Of a stretch of 64,000 bases of DNA, positions 36,632 to 49,188 are shown piece by piece. The notes under the pieces were generated by a model that was not told where the DNA came from, ran no database searches, and was given only the letters and a program-made list of their open reading frames with translations. Each line of letters starts with the position of its first letter. Position 1 is the first letter of the stretch. A program made the translations under genes and the position numbers. This DNA comes from Callorhinchus milii. Taxonomy: Eukaryota. The stretch covers positions 137,640,001-137,704,000 of the forward strand of contig NW_024704742.1 in NCBI RefSeq assembly GCF_018977255.1. Reading direction: 5' to 3'.

Positions 36632-39569
36632 CTGAAATGCATTCCCAGAACTGCACACAAGGCTGTGGCCTAGCTGAGGCTTGGACCCTTCAGAGAAGAT
36701 GGTTTCTCCCAGTGTCCTGGCCATCAATCCCCTAATAAACTTAATCATACTTCATGATTATTTATGAGGAAGTTGCAGTGTGCACATTGGCTGGTGAATT
36801 TTACACTAAATCCTGTGAAGTGCTATAATAAGTCCTCCTGATGTGAAAGACACAGTATCAAATGTAAGGATTATTATATATAAGGTTTTATCTCCCATCC
36901 TCTATGAAATGTACACTATAAAAAGTTTTCTCTCTTTCTTTAGTCATCAAATGGATTTGGATGTTAACAACGACATGGTCCAACCTCAGCCGCCTGCAGG
37001 AGACGGTAACTGTTCTGTCTCGATTAGAGATTCCACAATTTTCAACCCGTGCTTTCAATAACCTGTCGCTGGGTCTCAGCCGAGCTCAGTCAGTGACCCT
37101 CTCATCTCTGGCTCTGGGTGTCTGACACACACAAAAAACCATCACCGTGCTTAAGACCATCCAGAGCAGAGCATCCACGTATGTCACTTAGCAGGAGCCA
37201 AATGGGAAGAATCCCTATTAACAGTGACTGGTCTGCCTTTCCAAGCCCTGCCAATGAGCCTGGCTGACTGGGCTGTCATCAGCACGGCCACAGATTACTG
37301 CAGACTTGCCTGGCTCAGGAACCCTGCGAGGGTATATTGGCACATGTACCCTCTCAGAGGCCCAAAGTGAGTCATTTAAAAACACCCAGCCTTGTCCATC
37401 TATGCCCTAATGGCTAAGGAATGCTATGCTAAATGGTCTGGAGACTGCCACAGAGGGTGGATTTGATTCAGTTGCCAATACATCTCTGGTCAGTGCCAGC
37501 TTGAAAGGCACTATATATGTTTGTTGTTGTCACTTTATAGCCAGCTCAAGCCCAAAGAGACTCTGCCTCTGCCTCAGAATGTAAGAGTTTTGGGCTGTTT
37601 GATGAGGCAGTTTATGGTTTATCCAGGCCCAATTATTGTTTTGAGACTTTTTAACATTATATTTGGAAAAGAAAAATCTGAGAGTCAATGGGAAAAGGGG
37701 CAACAGCCAAATGGCCTCCAACTCGGTATAAATATTCTGATTGTATAAACAACAACAAATTACATTTGTATAGTGTCTTTCATGTCAGGAGAACGTCTCA
37801 AAGTGCTGGATAATCAGGGATCCGCACTCGAGTTGGCATCAGGAGGGGTGGAGGGTGGGGATGGTTAGTGGGGTGACTGAAGACACCATCGAATAGAAGA
37901 GTCTTGAGATGGGCTTGAAGGGAGGGGGCGAGGTGGAGTGACTGTGGGATGGAGTTCTAGAGGGTGGGGGCGAAGAAGCTGAAGGCCCACCCACCAATGG
38001 TGGGGCGAGCAAGGTGGGTGACGTGAAGCAGGTCGGAACCCACTGATCGAGGTAGCAGTCAGGTTGGAAAGGGCTTAGGAGATCACAGAGCTTGTGAAGA
38101 GCGAGGCCGTGGAGGGCTTTGAAGGTCAGGATCCTCTGAGTGATGTGGCAAAGGGGAAACTGGAGAAGGAGCTGACTGTTGTGTCTCTGACAGACGTAGC
38201 TGCTGTGATCTACAGTGTGGTTACCCCAGCACCGGCCCGGCAAACAGATTCAGGTAAGAAATGTATCACACAGGGACGGAGCCGGCATTGGCTCGCACCT
38301 CAGCCGACAGGGATCTGCCTTCCCTCTCCTGTCCAGGGTTAACTGTCAGCCTGGCTCAGTTGGCAATACTCTCAACAAAACGGTTGTGGTTTCAAGCCCC
38401 ACATCGGATCTTTCCATTCACGTAATCCATTCTGACACTTGTCTGCCTGTTCAGGTGGACATTAAAGACCCCATGGCAATGTTTGATCCCGGAGGAACTT
38501 CAAGTTGGAGCAGGAGGAGGGCATTCAGCCCAACAGCCTGCTCCACCAGTTTATTGGATCATGACAGATCTTTCAATCCCTGACTTTTCTCCATGCCCCT
38601 TCATCCCCTTCCTGTCCAAGTCTTTATCCGTCAATACCTTTTAAACCACGATTCATTCCACTTCTGAAGAGCATCGCATACTCTCACCACACTCAGTATG
38701 AGAAATATTACACCAAGGTGAGGACACATATACAGTACATATAAAACCAGTGTCATATTTCCTTTGTGAAGTTGATTCCCATTTCTGATGGAAATGTTAT
38801 CAATATTGAAATTATTTACTAATAACTGTCTCTCTCTCTCTCCTTCCCAAGTGTACGCAAATTCCGCCAGAGCCAGAGCCTCTGATGACAGTGAGTATTG
38901 TCAGCCTTTTCTGGTTTATTGTGTATCCAGTCGCCTCGCTGCTCGCACTCTGGGTCAGGAGGTTGGGGATTCGAGCCCCTAAATCAGGGACCTCGAGGTC
39001 ACAGTCCAGGCTGATGCTCCAGTGCAGTACTGGGAGGAGCGTTACATTATCAGAAGCGCTGTCCTTTGATTGAGGTCTGTGTCTATTGAGGGTTTTTTGG
39101 CCATGTGTAGAAACCCATCACCGTTCTCAAGAGTATCCAAACCAGACTGGGAATTCCACATCTATGTCACCTGTACATGGAAATTTCCCTGTGTCTGGAA
39201 TGGACTGGAATCCTTCTGTTGGAAAAGAGAAGGGAATTTCTCTCTCCTGGTGTTCTGGCCAACAATGCTCCAAATATAATTGGTCACTCACTTCTTGGCT
39301 GTTTGGACATTGCTGAATGCAAATCGGCTGCCAGGTTTGCTGATAAAATACACAGTCACTGCACTTGACAGTGATTTGCTTGGAGACATTTGGACCTTAG
39401 AGACGTTATATTAAATGTGCAAGTTCTTATAAACTTTAACCTGGGTCACACTTTATATCGGAGCTCTCAGCAAGTGGCGGGACATGTCCTGACTCCATTT
39501 TGTTTTTTTTTTCCAGATGTGATTTATGCTGTTGTCGCCAACTCGAAGGGGAGATCAGCTGAGCAGTGA
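23700..39569 (+). CDS. SIGLEC15-like: Gene B: Siglec-15-like inhibitory-type receptor, 478 aa, 9 coding exons, two ITIMs
   Basis: Exons sum to 1437 nt with consistent phases (1,1,1,1,2,1,1,1); every exon mirrored in gene C. Confidence 0.82.
25263..25652 (+). CDS. Gene B V1 exon (Arg codon 25586-25588)
   Basis: 390 bp, phase 1-1, WSCRVE. Confidence 0.9.
25981..27014 (-). mobile_element. Young 5'-truncated L2 insertion in gene B intron 2, TSD CATCAA
   Basis: catcaa at 25975-25980 and 27015-27020; empty site gaacatcaaggtgg in A and C. Confidence 0.9.
28336..28719 (+). CDS. Gene B V2 exon
   Basis: 384 bp, phase 1-1. Confidence 0.9.
29910..30269 (+). CDS. Gene B C2 and uncharged TM exon ([25 protein letters not shown])
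   Basis: 360 bp; g|GTAGGT donor. Confidence 0.87.
31410..31446 (+). CDS. Gene B cytoplasmic exon 1 ([12 protein letters not shown])
   Basis: tctcttcAG / ag|GTGAGA, phase 1-2; paralog 55888-55924. Confidence 0.75.
34990..35562 (+). mobile_element. L2 3' fragment
   Basis: [21 protein letters not shown]; tail gtgaaaggcgctat..(ttg)n. Confidence 0.75.
36557..36629. repeat. (TTA)n microsatellite
   Basis: About 24 perfect units. Confidence 0.95.
36944..37005 (+). CDS. Gene B cytoplasmic exon 2 (SHQMDLDVNNDMVQPQPPAGD)
   Basis: tttctttAG / g|GTAACT, phase 2-1; paralog 52113-52174. Confidence 0.75.
38194..38253 (+). CDS. Gene B cytoplasmic exon 3 with ITIM VIYSVV
   Basis: ctgac..tctctgacAG / g|GTAAGA; paralog 50884-50943. 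Confidence 0.8.
38852..38890 (+). CDS. Gene B cytoplasmic exon 4 (VYANSARARASDD), YxN motif
   Basis: (tc)n ccttcccaAG / a|GTGAGT; paralog 49826-49861. Confidence 0.8.
39517..39569 (+). CDS. Gene B last coding exon with ITIM VIYAVV ([17 protein letters not shown])
   Basis: ttttttccAG acceptor, TGA at 39567-39569; paralog 49136-49188. Confidence 0.82.
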
Positions 39570-39799
39570 ACACTGGTCCCGCCCATAGTCTGCAGTCCGC
39601 CACTTATACAGGTGAGACCTGCAGTAAATTAAATTGTGCCTAATACATTAGTCAACGAATCTTCATTGTACAGTTTGACAGTCGGAGCATTGTGAGTTAT
39701 AGCCTGAGCGGTTTATAGTGCAGCTGTTTCACTACACAGGAGGTTACATCAACCACAACCTGACAACCCAGAAGTGGGATTGGCAGTCATTTTGTACTT

Positions 39800-40275
39800 G
39801 CCTTGGAGGGGGCGCAGCGTAGATTTACTCGGTTAGTACCAGGGATGAAGAGGATGAGTTACGAGGATAGGCTGACCAATTTGGGCCTATGTTCTCCAGA
39901 ATATACAAACCTATAAGATCATCAAAGGGCAATGATAGAGTAGACAGTGGGAGATTGTTTCCCCCGGTTGGAGAAACTAAAACCAGGGGTCACAACCTTA
40001 AAATCAGAGGCAGCCCTTTCGCACTGAGTTGAGGAAGAACTTCTTCACTCAAAGGGCAGTGAATGTATGGAACTCACTACCCCAAAGGGCTATTGATGCT
40101 CAGTCCTTGAACATATTCAAGACTGAGATAGATATATTTCTTATTGCAAAAGGGATTAAGGGATATGGGGATAAGGCAGGGTCAGGTTATTAGCTGGAGC
40201 TAGATTAGAAGATCAGCCATGATTGAATGGCGGGGCAGGCTCGAAGGGCCGAATGGCTTCCTCCTGCTCCTAAAT
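39800..40275 (+). mobile_element. CR1 3' end with HE1/HER1-type tail
   Basis: gattgaatggcggggcaggctcgaagggccgaatggc tail. Confidence 0.7.
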
Positions 40276-43264
40276 GTTATGTTATTGTGCTGAGGCACAG
40301 TATCCCTTCGCCGTGCCCCCACCTTTGCCCATCTTCAGATTGCACCTCAATACCATCCTCTTTATGCCTGCAGTCACCTCCCCACTCTCCCTACCTCGAC
40401 ATCAAGCCGCTCTAAGACACTTCTTCATATGAAGATCGTTATATAAATGCAATTTATAGTCCAACCAAATGCAGGAAATTTTTATAACACTGTTTGCAGG
40501 ACACTGTGTGTGCAAATTGTCAGCCACAGTTGCCTACACTTTATCGTATATTCTGTGAAGCGTTTTGAAACATCTCAAAGACGTGACAAGGCGCTATATC
40601 AAATGCAAGGATTATTATAACGCTCACTTCATTTGAGTGTTAAACCAATTTTAATCTATGAAGCAATGGAGATGGTTTATTTTATAGGGAAAATATTATG
40701 GGATAGGCGCTGTGGTATTGCTGTGTAATCACAGGCTGTCCAGGCAAGAGCTGGGGTGATTGTCACAGAGCCTGGTGTGGGAGAGGACCACCAAAGATGG
40801 TGGCGGTCTGGTCTGAAAGAGGAAGAGTCCATTCTCGGTCAGGAGGAGAACACTGCCGTCTAGTGGACAGTCACCAAGTAACAAAGTGCCAGGCTTAAAA
40901 TATTTCAAACTTTACCCTTATTCCAACATTGAACCGCTAATCAATTACCTTTATTATCTTCTTACAGATTATTTTTTGGTCAGCCGGGTATCTGACACAT
41001 GGGGAAACCCATCACCATGCTTAAGAGTATCCAAACCAAACCAGAGCATCCTACCTTCACAAGGAAATTGCTGTGCGCAATTGGCTGCCGTGTTTCGCCC
41101 ACAAATATACAGTCAATTTACTTTACAGTCTATTCTGTGAAGTGCTTTGAGACATCGAGCAGACGTGAAAAGCGCTGTATCAAATGCAAGGATTATTATT
41201 ATTATAATTCCAGAGATATTTACTGGAATGGAATGTGCACTCTTTCCCTGGACGGACGCACCTTCTTACCTAATTCTGGAAAATATTGGATGTAGGCTGA
41301 CAGGAGTCAAGGCTCCAGAGTGGGCATTGGGGTAACTTCTGAAGTGTAACCAGCCATTGATATCGCTGTCTGGCAAGATTCCCCACTGCTTATCTGACTA
41401 GGACCACCTTATCTATCAGGGCTTTGGCTTGCAGGGTTAACAGGAGATGAGTGGGATGATTCCCTGCCCCCAGTGTCTGATCTGCCCCTATATGTCCTGC
41501 GAATGAGCCAGGCTGGCTCATAAAATACAGATATTTGACAGATTGCTTTCGAATACCCAGCAATCATCTGTGAACTAATTATAAGTTCTATATAAATTAA
41601 AGTTGTTATTATATTTCAATAAACCCTGGACTCTGGGAATGCAGAATTTCAACCTAGCCGGACCGAGCCTGAAACAAAAAGATTCCATGGTCTACATGTA
41701 GACCCTGACTCCCACCTCTCCTAGCATATGCCCCATCTCACCTTCCTTGCTGACTTTCACAGTGACCAGGACCATTGGCTTTGACTCCCCCCTTAGCTGG
41801 CTAGCCAGAGTTTAAATGTATTATTATTAAGTTTTTATTACAGTAAATCCTGCCATTTCATCACTCTAAGGGAAAAGAGCTCAGTCACTCTATATGCAAG
41901 GTGACTATGCAGCACAAGACCTTCACTGTCACTAGGGGATGCTGCGAGGGAGGATGCTACACCAACTCACACTGCCGTGCGCAGAGCAGTCAGCTGTCAA
42001 GCACGACAGAGCAGCCCAGGACCCCACGACTGTCAGTTTATTTGTTAAATCATGTTTACGTTAATTAAGTACAGCATAAGTTTATGCATACGCACAAGTA
42101 TCTATAAATGTGCTTATTTTCTGTGTTGGGGAATGCACAATCTCTCCCTGGAGGAACGCTCCCTAATTTCCTAATTCCGGAGAACAAAATATAGATTGGT
42201 GAGAGCTATGGCTTGGGGACCACAGAGTGTGATTGTGCTAAGAATCCCTGTTCCCAGTTATTGTTCCAACCCTCCATATCCTGCCGATATATAAATATCC
42301 GATAAAATCATGTTGCCAATAAACACTGCCAATAAATAGTTCTCAATATCACTGTGAGAGGACAAATGCATTTGTTTTCGATTCACACTGAATATCTATG
42401 CATTGAAAGCACCAAGGATTTTGTCCTTGTTCACCAGCCACAAATTGAGGGGTGTTCTTGGGACACAAATTTCTTTTTGCAACCTCAGCTTTACACTCCC
42501 TGTTGAGCACTTTGTGAATTGCATTTGGCTTTGTTCTAATTAAAAATGTCTTTCACGAAAACTTGTTGCAACAACATAAATAACAATGCATTGGATTTAC
42601 ACAGCGCCTTTCACATCGGGAGGATTTCCCAAGAAGCTGGACAGTCAAAGATTTGCAACCGAGATGGGGGTTGGAGTCAAGAGGGGTGGAGGATCAAAGG
42701 GAATGGGTGAGGATGACTGAAGGCATAGTCAATGAGGAAGGTCTTGACATCCTTAACTTACTCAGGCTTTAACAATCAGACAGAAACTAACTGAAGTCAA
42801 CGGCTAAAACCTGAGATCTTGTCACAATAGCTAATCCAGACCAGCACACTGAGGGTGACTTTTTCCCTCGCTAGCAGACCACTGATCATGAGACTTTGCT
42901 GTATTTCAGAACATAGAGATTATAAAACCAGACCGGCTCATAAGATACAGATATTTTACAGATTTTCCAGCTATTAGCTGTGAAGTATTACAGGTGGTCT
43001 ATAAATGAAGGCTGTTATTATTATAGTTCACTAAACGAGTGACTCGGCAGAATTTTCTCTCACGATGAGTCCTCCAGGGTCACTAGAATGTACTGTGTCA
43101 TGAGAGAAAATGCCACCAAGTTGCTCATCACGAGAAATGGCCTAACAGGTTGAGGACATTTTCCTCCGGTACAAGTAATTTTGCTCCAGTGATATATCGA
43201 TATCCGGCCCGGGAGATGATTTCATCTGACCGCAAACCATTTCCAAATCGCTCCCTCCCCGGGT

Positions 43265-46200
43265 GTTATGATGTAGTGGCAATAACAGAGACCTGAGCAG
43301 GTATGGGAGCTATTTATTCCTGTCTAACTGGAGTCTTCAGTGGCGAGAGCACTCGTCTCACAAGCGAGAGACCTGGGTTTGATTCCCAGCAGGGGAAATG
43401 TTGGGCAAGTTTCCTTACTCCATACGCTTTTGTGTACCTAGCAGTAAGTAGGACCCCGGCTACAGGACTCCACAGAAGGCATGAAAAGCACTATATCAAA
43501 TGCAAGGATTATTATTATTATTGCAATGTATTCAGGAGGGATAGGGAAGGAAAATAAAAGGAGGGTGTGGGGGGTGGTGGTGATATTGATGAAAGACACA
43601 GTTACGGCTCTGGAAAGAGACGATGTGCTAGAGGGTCCAAAAACAGAATCTACTTGGCTAGAGTTAAGAGGCAGAAAAGGAGCTGTTACCCTGTTAGGTG
43701 CATTCTATAGACCACCAAATAGTGGGAAGGAGATACATTTCTGCAAGCAGATTTCAGAAAGATACAAAACCAATAGATAATGGGGGACTTCAATTATCCT
43801 AACAGATTAGAATCAGGGAGAGATTGAGCAAGGTGGGGCAAGGATTCCTGAAATGTGTGCAGGATAACTTACTGGGTCAGTATGTTTCCAGCCCAACGAG
43901 GAATGAAGCAGTGCGGGATCTAGTTCTGGGGAATGAAGTGGGGCAAGTGGAGCAGGTTTCAGTAGGAGAGTATCTGGACAACAGTGATCACAACATCATT
44001 AGGTTTAGAGTACTTATGGAAAGGGACAAGCAACAATTAAAGAAAGATGAAGATACTCAACTGGAAGAGGGCTAATTTCAGTGAGTTAAAAAGGGACCTG
44101 ACCAAGGTGGACTGGAAAGAAAGATTGGCAGGAAAAACAGCTTATGAACAATGGGAAGTCTTCAAGGAGAAGATAGATGGGGACAGAACAAATACATTCC
44201 CACAAAGGGGAAAGGTGGGGCATCCAAACCTCTCTGGATGATTTAAGAAATTGGGATTAACATAAAACAGAAGAAAGGAGCATTACGATAAATGTCAGAC
44301 CCAAAATACAGAAAATAATCAAATAAAATATAGAAAGTACAGAGGAGAACTGAAAAAGGAAATAAGAGGGGCAAAGAGATTGTATGAGAAAAGATTATCG
44401 GGTAACATAAAAGGAAACCCTAAGGTATTTTAATAATAATAATAATAATAATAATCCTTGCATTTGATATAGCGCTTTTCACGTCGGGAGGACATCCCAA
44501 AGCGCTTCACAGAACACACTGTAAAGTGAATTGATTTTGTAAGCATATAAAGAATAAAAGGTTGGTCAAAAGTAGGGTGGGGCCAATTAGGGGCCAAAGA
44601 GGAAATCTTGTGGAAGCAAAGGGCATAGCTGATGTACTGAATCCGTTTTCAATAAAAAAGAGAATACAGCCAAGGCCATAGTATCGGAGGAGAAGGTAGA
44701 GACATTGGATGAGATAAGAATAAACCAAGAGGAGGTACTAAAAAAATTGACGGTGCTCAAGGTAGATAAGTCAACTAGTCTAGATGGGATGCATCCTAGG
44801 TTACTGAGGGAAGTAGGGTTGGAAATAATGGAGGCTCTGGCCACATTTTTTCAATTCTCCTTGGACACAGAAGTGGTGCCAGAGGACTAGGGGGTTGCAG
44901 ATGTTACTCCCCTGTACCAAAAGGGGCAGAAGGATAAACTCAGGAACTAATGGCCAATAAGCTGTCCTCGGTCCCCTCCTCTTCACCCTCTATATGCTCC
45001 CCCTGTGGTGACATCATCCGCAGACATGGGGTTCACTTCCACATGTATGCGGATGACACCCAACTCTACCTTTCCTCCTCTACTCTCAACTCCACGACCA
45101 CCGATGTCCTGACAGCTGCCTGTCCGACATCGAGTCCTGGACGAGAGACAACTTTCTTCAGCTCAACGTGCGAAAAACCGAGGCCCTCCTGATTGGCTCA
45201 CGTCAGCGCCTCCACACCTCAGGCGCTGACAGCATCAGCATCCAAGGCTGCACTCTCCACCTCTCAAAGCCGGTCAGGAACCTCGGCATTTTGTTCGACC
45301 CTGAGCTGTCCTTTCTCCCTCACATCCACACCACAACTGGCACCGCCTTCCATCACCTCCGGAACATCGCCAGACTACGGCACTACCTCACCCCTCACGC
45401 TGCTGAAACCCTGGTCCACGCCTTTGTCACCTCAAGGCTGGACTACGGGAACTCTCTCCTCGCCGGCCTTCCCGCCACCTCCCTCCACACTGCAGGTCAT
45501 TCAGAACTCTGCAGCTCGTGTACTGTCCCACACCAGGCTTCGGGACCACATCACTCCCACCCTCACCCTCGCCCTCGTTCGCCTCCACTGGCTCCCCATC
45601 CCCCAGAGGATTGATTTCAAGATCCTCATCCTCACCTACACGGCCTTGCTCCCTCCTACCTCTCCAACCTACTATCCCCCTACCTACCTGCCCGTACCCT
45701 CCGTTCCTCTGGCTCCGGTCTGCTCCACGTCCCCCGCCCCAACCGCCCTACCATCGGTGGTCGGGCCTTCAGCCTCTCAGCCCCGAGGCTCTGGAACTCT
45801 ATCCCCCAATGCCTTCGCCTTGCTTCCTCCTTCAAGGCCGGTCTCAAAACCTTTCTCTTTGACCGTGCCTTCAGCTCCCCTCTTGACTCTCTTCCCCCTC
45901 CTCGCTCCCTCCCTTCCCTCCCCTCACCCTGACCATTTCCCCCTCCTCGCTCCCTCCCTTCCCTCCCTCACCCTGACCATTTCCCCCCTCCTCGCTCCCT
46001 CCCTTCCCTCCCCTCACCCTGACCATTTCCCCCCTGCTCGGGTCATGACCCAACTGTGCAGCGCCTTGGGACGTCCTCCTGACGTGAAAGGCGCTTTATA
46101 AATGGAATCTTGTTGTTGTTGTTGTTGTATATAAATGACCTGGACTTGGCTATACGGAATACAAGTTCCAAGTTTGCTGATGATACTAAGCTGGAAAAGT

Positions 46201-46910
46201 AGTAAATAGTGAGGAGGATAGTAGCCGACTGCAAGAGGACACAGACAGACTGGGGTAACATGGGCAGAGAGGTGGAGAAGTGAGGAGTGATACATTTTGG
46301 GAGGAAGAATGAGGAGAGGCAATATAAACTGATGGTACAATCTTAAGGGGGGGGAAGGAGCAGAGAGACCCGGGGGTCATATAGTAAATCCTTGAAGGTG
46401 GCCGGACAGGTAGATACAACTGTTAAAAAGCATGCAAGATATTAGTGCTTTATAAACAGGGGCATAGAATACAAAAGTCAGGAAGTTATGATGAACCTTT
46501 ATATAAAACACTGGTTAGGCCTCAGCGAGAGACTGGGTTCAGTTCTGGGCCCCACACTTTAGGAAGGATGTCAAGGCATTGGAGAGGGTGCGAAGGAGAT
46601 TGACCAGAATGGTACCAGGAATGAGGACTTCAGTGATCAGGAGAGGCCGGAGACGCTGGGAGTATGGAGCAGGGAGGGTTAAGAGGAGACTTAATAGAAG
46701 TTTTCAATATTATGAGGGGATTTGATAGGGTAAATAAGGAGAAACTATTTCCATGAGCGGGTGGGTTGGTAACCCGAGGACACCGATTTAAAATAGTTGT
46801 TAAAAGAAACAGAAGGGGGGTGAGGAGAAATGTTTTCACACAGTGAGTTGTTGGGATCTGAAATGCATTGCCTGAAAGGCTGAGGGAAGCCGATTCCATA
46901 ATAGCTTTTA
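43265..46910 (+). mobile_element. Degenerate CR1 ORF2 (endonuclease to RT) with nested SINEs (43330-43520, 44435-44540) and L2
   Basis: YDVVAITET, FYRPPN, MGDFNYP, KFADDTK motifs; many stops. Confidence 0.8.
44964..46128 (+). mobile_element. Young L2 insertion nested in CR1
   Basis: Near-identical (inverted) to 25981-27014; HMYADDTQL; (ttg)n tail. Confidence 0.85.
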
Positions 46911-46919
46911 CAACAACAA

Positions 46920-47820
46920 CTTGTACTTATACAGCGCTCTTCATGCCAGATTGCTTCTCAGATTGCTGGTGGAGCACAAGGTCGAACCAGGGGGAAGATG
47001 ACCGTGGGTCTGGTCGAAAAGGAAAATCTTCAGGCACGACTTGAAGATGGGGAACGAGGAAGTGAGGCAAAGCGGTTGAGGGAGGGAGTTCCAACGTTTT
47101 GGGGCGTAGTGACTGTAGGCACAGCCGCCGAGGTGGAGTGGAGGATTCGGGGGACACGGAGGAGGCCGGAGCCAGTAGAGTGGGTACTGCTGTGGGGAGA
47201 GAGGTTAGAGAGATGGGGGGCAAGGAATGGAGGGATTTAAACTAGAGTGAGGATCTGGAAGTGGATCCGCTCCGTGACAGGAGCCAGTGGGGTTTGGCCG
47301 GGACTGGAGTAATCGGGGACGGGGTTTGGTGTGGGTGAGAATGCGGGCGGCGGAGTTTGAATGAGTTGGATTTTGTGGACAGTGGAGGAGGGGAGACCGG
47401 CGAGGAGGGAGTTATTGTCGTCCAGCCGAGAGGTTACAAAGGCACGGAAAGGATTTCGGCAGCTTTTGGGGTGAGGTATTGTCGGAGACGGGCAATGTAG
47501 GTGAGGTGGAAGAAAGCGGTGCTGGTCAGAGACCGGATGTGGGGGTGGAAGGATAACTGGGGATCAAACCTGATGCCTAAGTTGCACTCGGGTTCAGAGA
47601 GTTTTAAGAACAGGTCGGGTAGGTTGAGGAGTTGGAACCGCGGAACAGAAGACGTCGGCGGGAGCCAAAGAGTATGGCTTCTGTCTTGTTGATGTTTAAC
47701 TGCAGGAAATTTGAGCTCATTCTGCTCCTGATGTCCGACAGACAAACTGACAGAACATCTGGGGACTGGGGGGGTCGCAGCTGGAGGTGGAAAAGTAGAG
47801 TTGAGTGTCATCCGCAAACG
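46920..47820 (-). mobile_element. L2 fragment
   Basis: NLGIRFDPQLSF..FFHL..IARLR; 5' end ..FADDTQL. Confidence 0.7.
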
Positions 47821-48219
47821 TGGATTTTACCGCTACATTTTTTTCACTTTATTGATAAAAATTAAACATAACACATATTGTTGCAAAAAATATTAATTGC
47901 TTCTTTAACATAAATTGTGTGGCCATATTAACTGGGGCTGGGGGAACACCAGCGAGCTTACAGGAGCTCACCACCTTCTGCCTATCAGGACCAGTCCCGC
48001 ACACAGACCCAGAGAGAGACACACACATACACTCACAGACCCAGAGAGAGAGACACACACACACACAGAGACACACACACACTCACAGAGACAAATCCAC
48101 ACTCACAGACACACATACACACACTCGAAGACATAGAGACATACAGCGTGAGTGCTCCGAGGGCCGAAAACTGCATTTATGGCGGATTTGTGGCGGTCGC
48201 TGGTTGTGGTGGCGGAAAT

Positions 48220-48480
48220 AATAATAATAATAATCCTTGCATTTGATATAGCGCTTTTCACGTCGGGAGGACGTCCCAAAGCGCTTCACAGAACACACTG
48301 TAAAGTGAATTGACTGTATATTTGTGGGCGAACGCGGCAGCCGATTGCGCACAGCAATGTCCCACAACCAGTCGTAGATTGAAAATGACCAATTTATTAT
48401 TGTTTTTGGTTTTGGAGGGATTATTATTAGGCTCTGTGTAGAGTAAGGAAACTTGCCCAAGGTTTCGCCCTCTGCCTGGA
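48220..48480 (-). mobile_element. Young SINE (near-identical to 7018-7345 and 50180-50485)
   Basis: Almost identical body and (tta)n tail across copies. Confidence 0.75.
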
Positions 48481-49135
48481 ATGGTGCGGCCATAGTTTTC
48501 TATTGGACCAGATAAACACTCGGCATTTGAAGGGAAGCATTTAAAGTATCTGTAAAAAAAAGTAAATGATGTCCTCCCACTGTGGATTCCCCCTGTGAAT
48601 ACACAGCAATAACGTGTTCACATATAGCACATTAAGAGAGAATAAGAGAATTATTTAGGGCTATGGGGAGAGAGCGGGGAGGGGGATTGATTTAGAAGCT
48701 CGTTTCAAAGAGCCGTCACAGACACAATGGGTCGAATGGCCTCCTTCTGTGGTGTATAATTCTATGATTGTGTGAATTGGCTACTCAATGCTGGAATGGC
48801 CACCAAGTGGCAGTGTGTCCCTCCTGACCGGGAATGGACTCTTCCTCTTCCAGGCCAGACCGCCACCATCTTTGATTTCCCTGAAGTGGAGATAAACACA
48901 ATTGTAAATTGCAGACCTCGGGGCCGCCCGTGAATACACAGCAATAACGTGTTCACATATAGCAGGGCCGCAAGCCACAGCCGCGCTATAAACACACTCG
49001 GACTATAATGAGCCGAGCTCTCGGGGACGGACTGTACAATGTTCATGCATTGACTGCTGTTCTGGGCACAATATAAGTCACTACAGGTCTCACCTGTATA
49101 AATGGCGGACAGCAGACTCTGGGCAGGACCAGTGT

Positions 49136-49188
49136 TCACTGCTCAGCTGATCTCCCCTTCGAGTTGGCAACAACAGCATAAATCACAT
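49136..49188 (-). CDS. Gene C last coding exon, ITIM VIYAVV
   Basis: Identical peptide to B. Confidence 0.82.

Noticed and set aside
43046-43114. Short imperfect hairpin (ggcagaattttctctcacga / tcatgagagaaaatgcc)
   Set aside because: Arms under 20 bp, no TSD or second copy seen; cannot support a MITE or ncRNA
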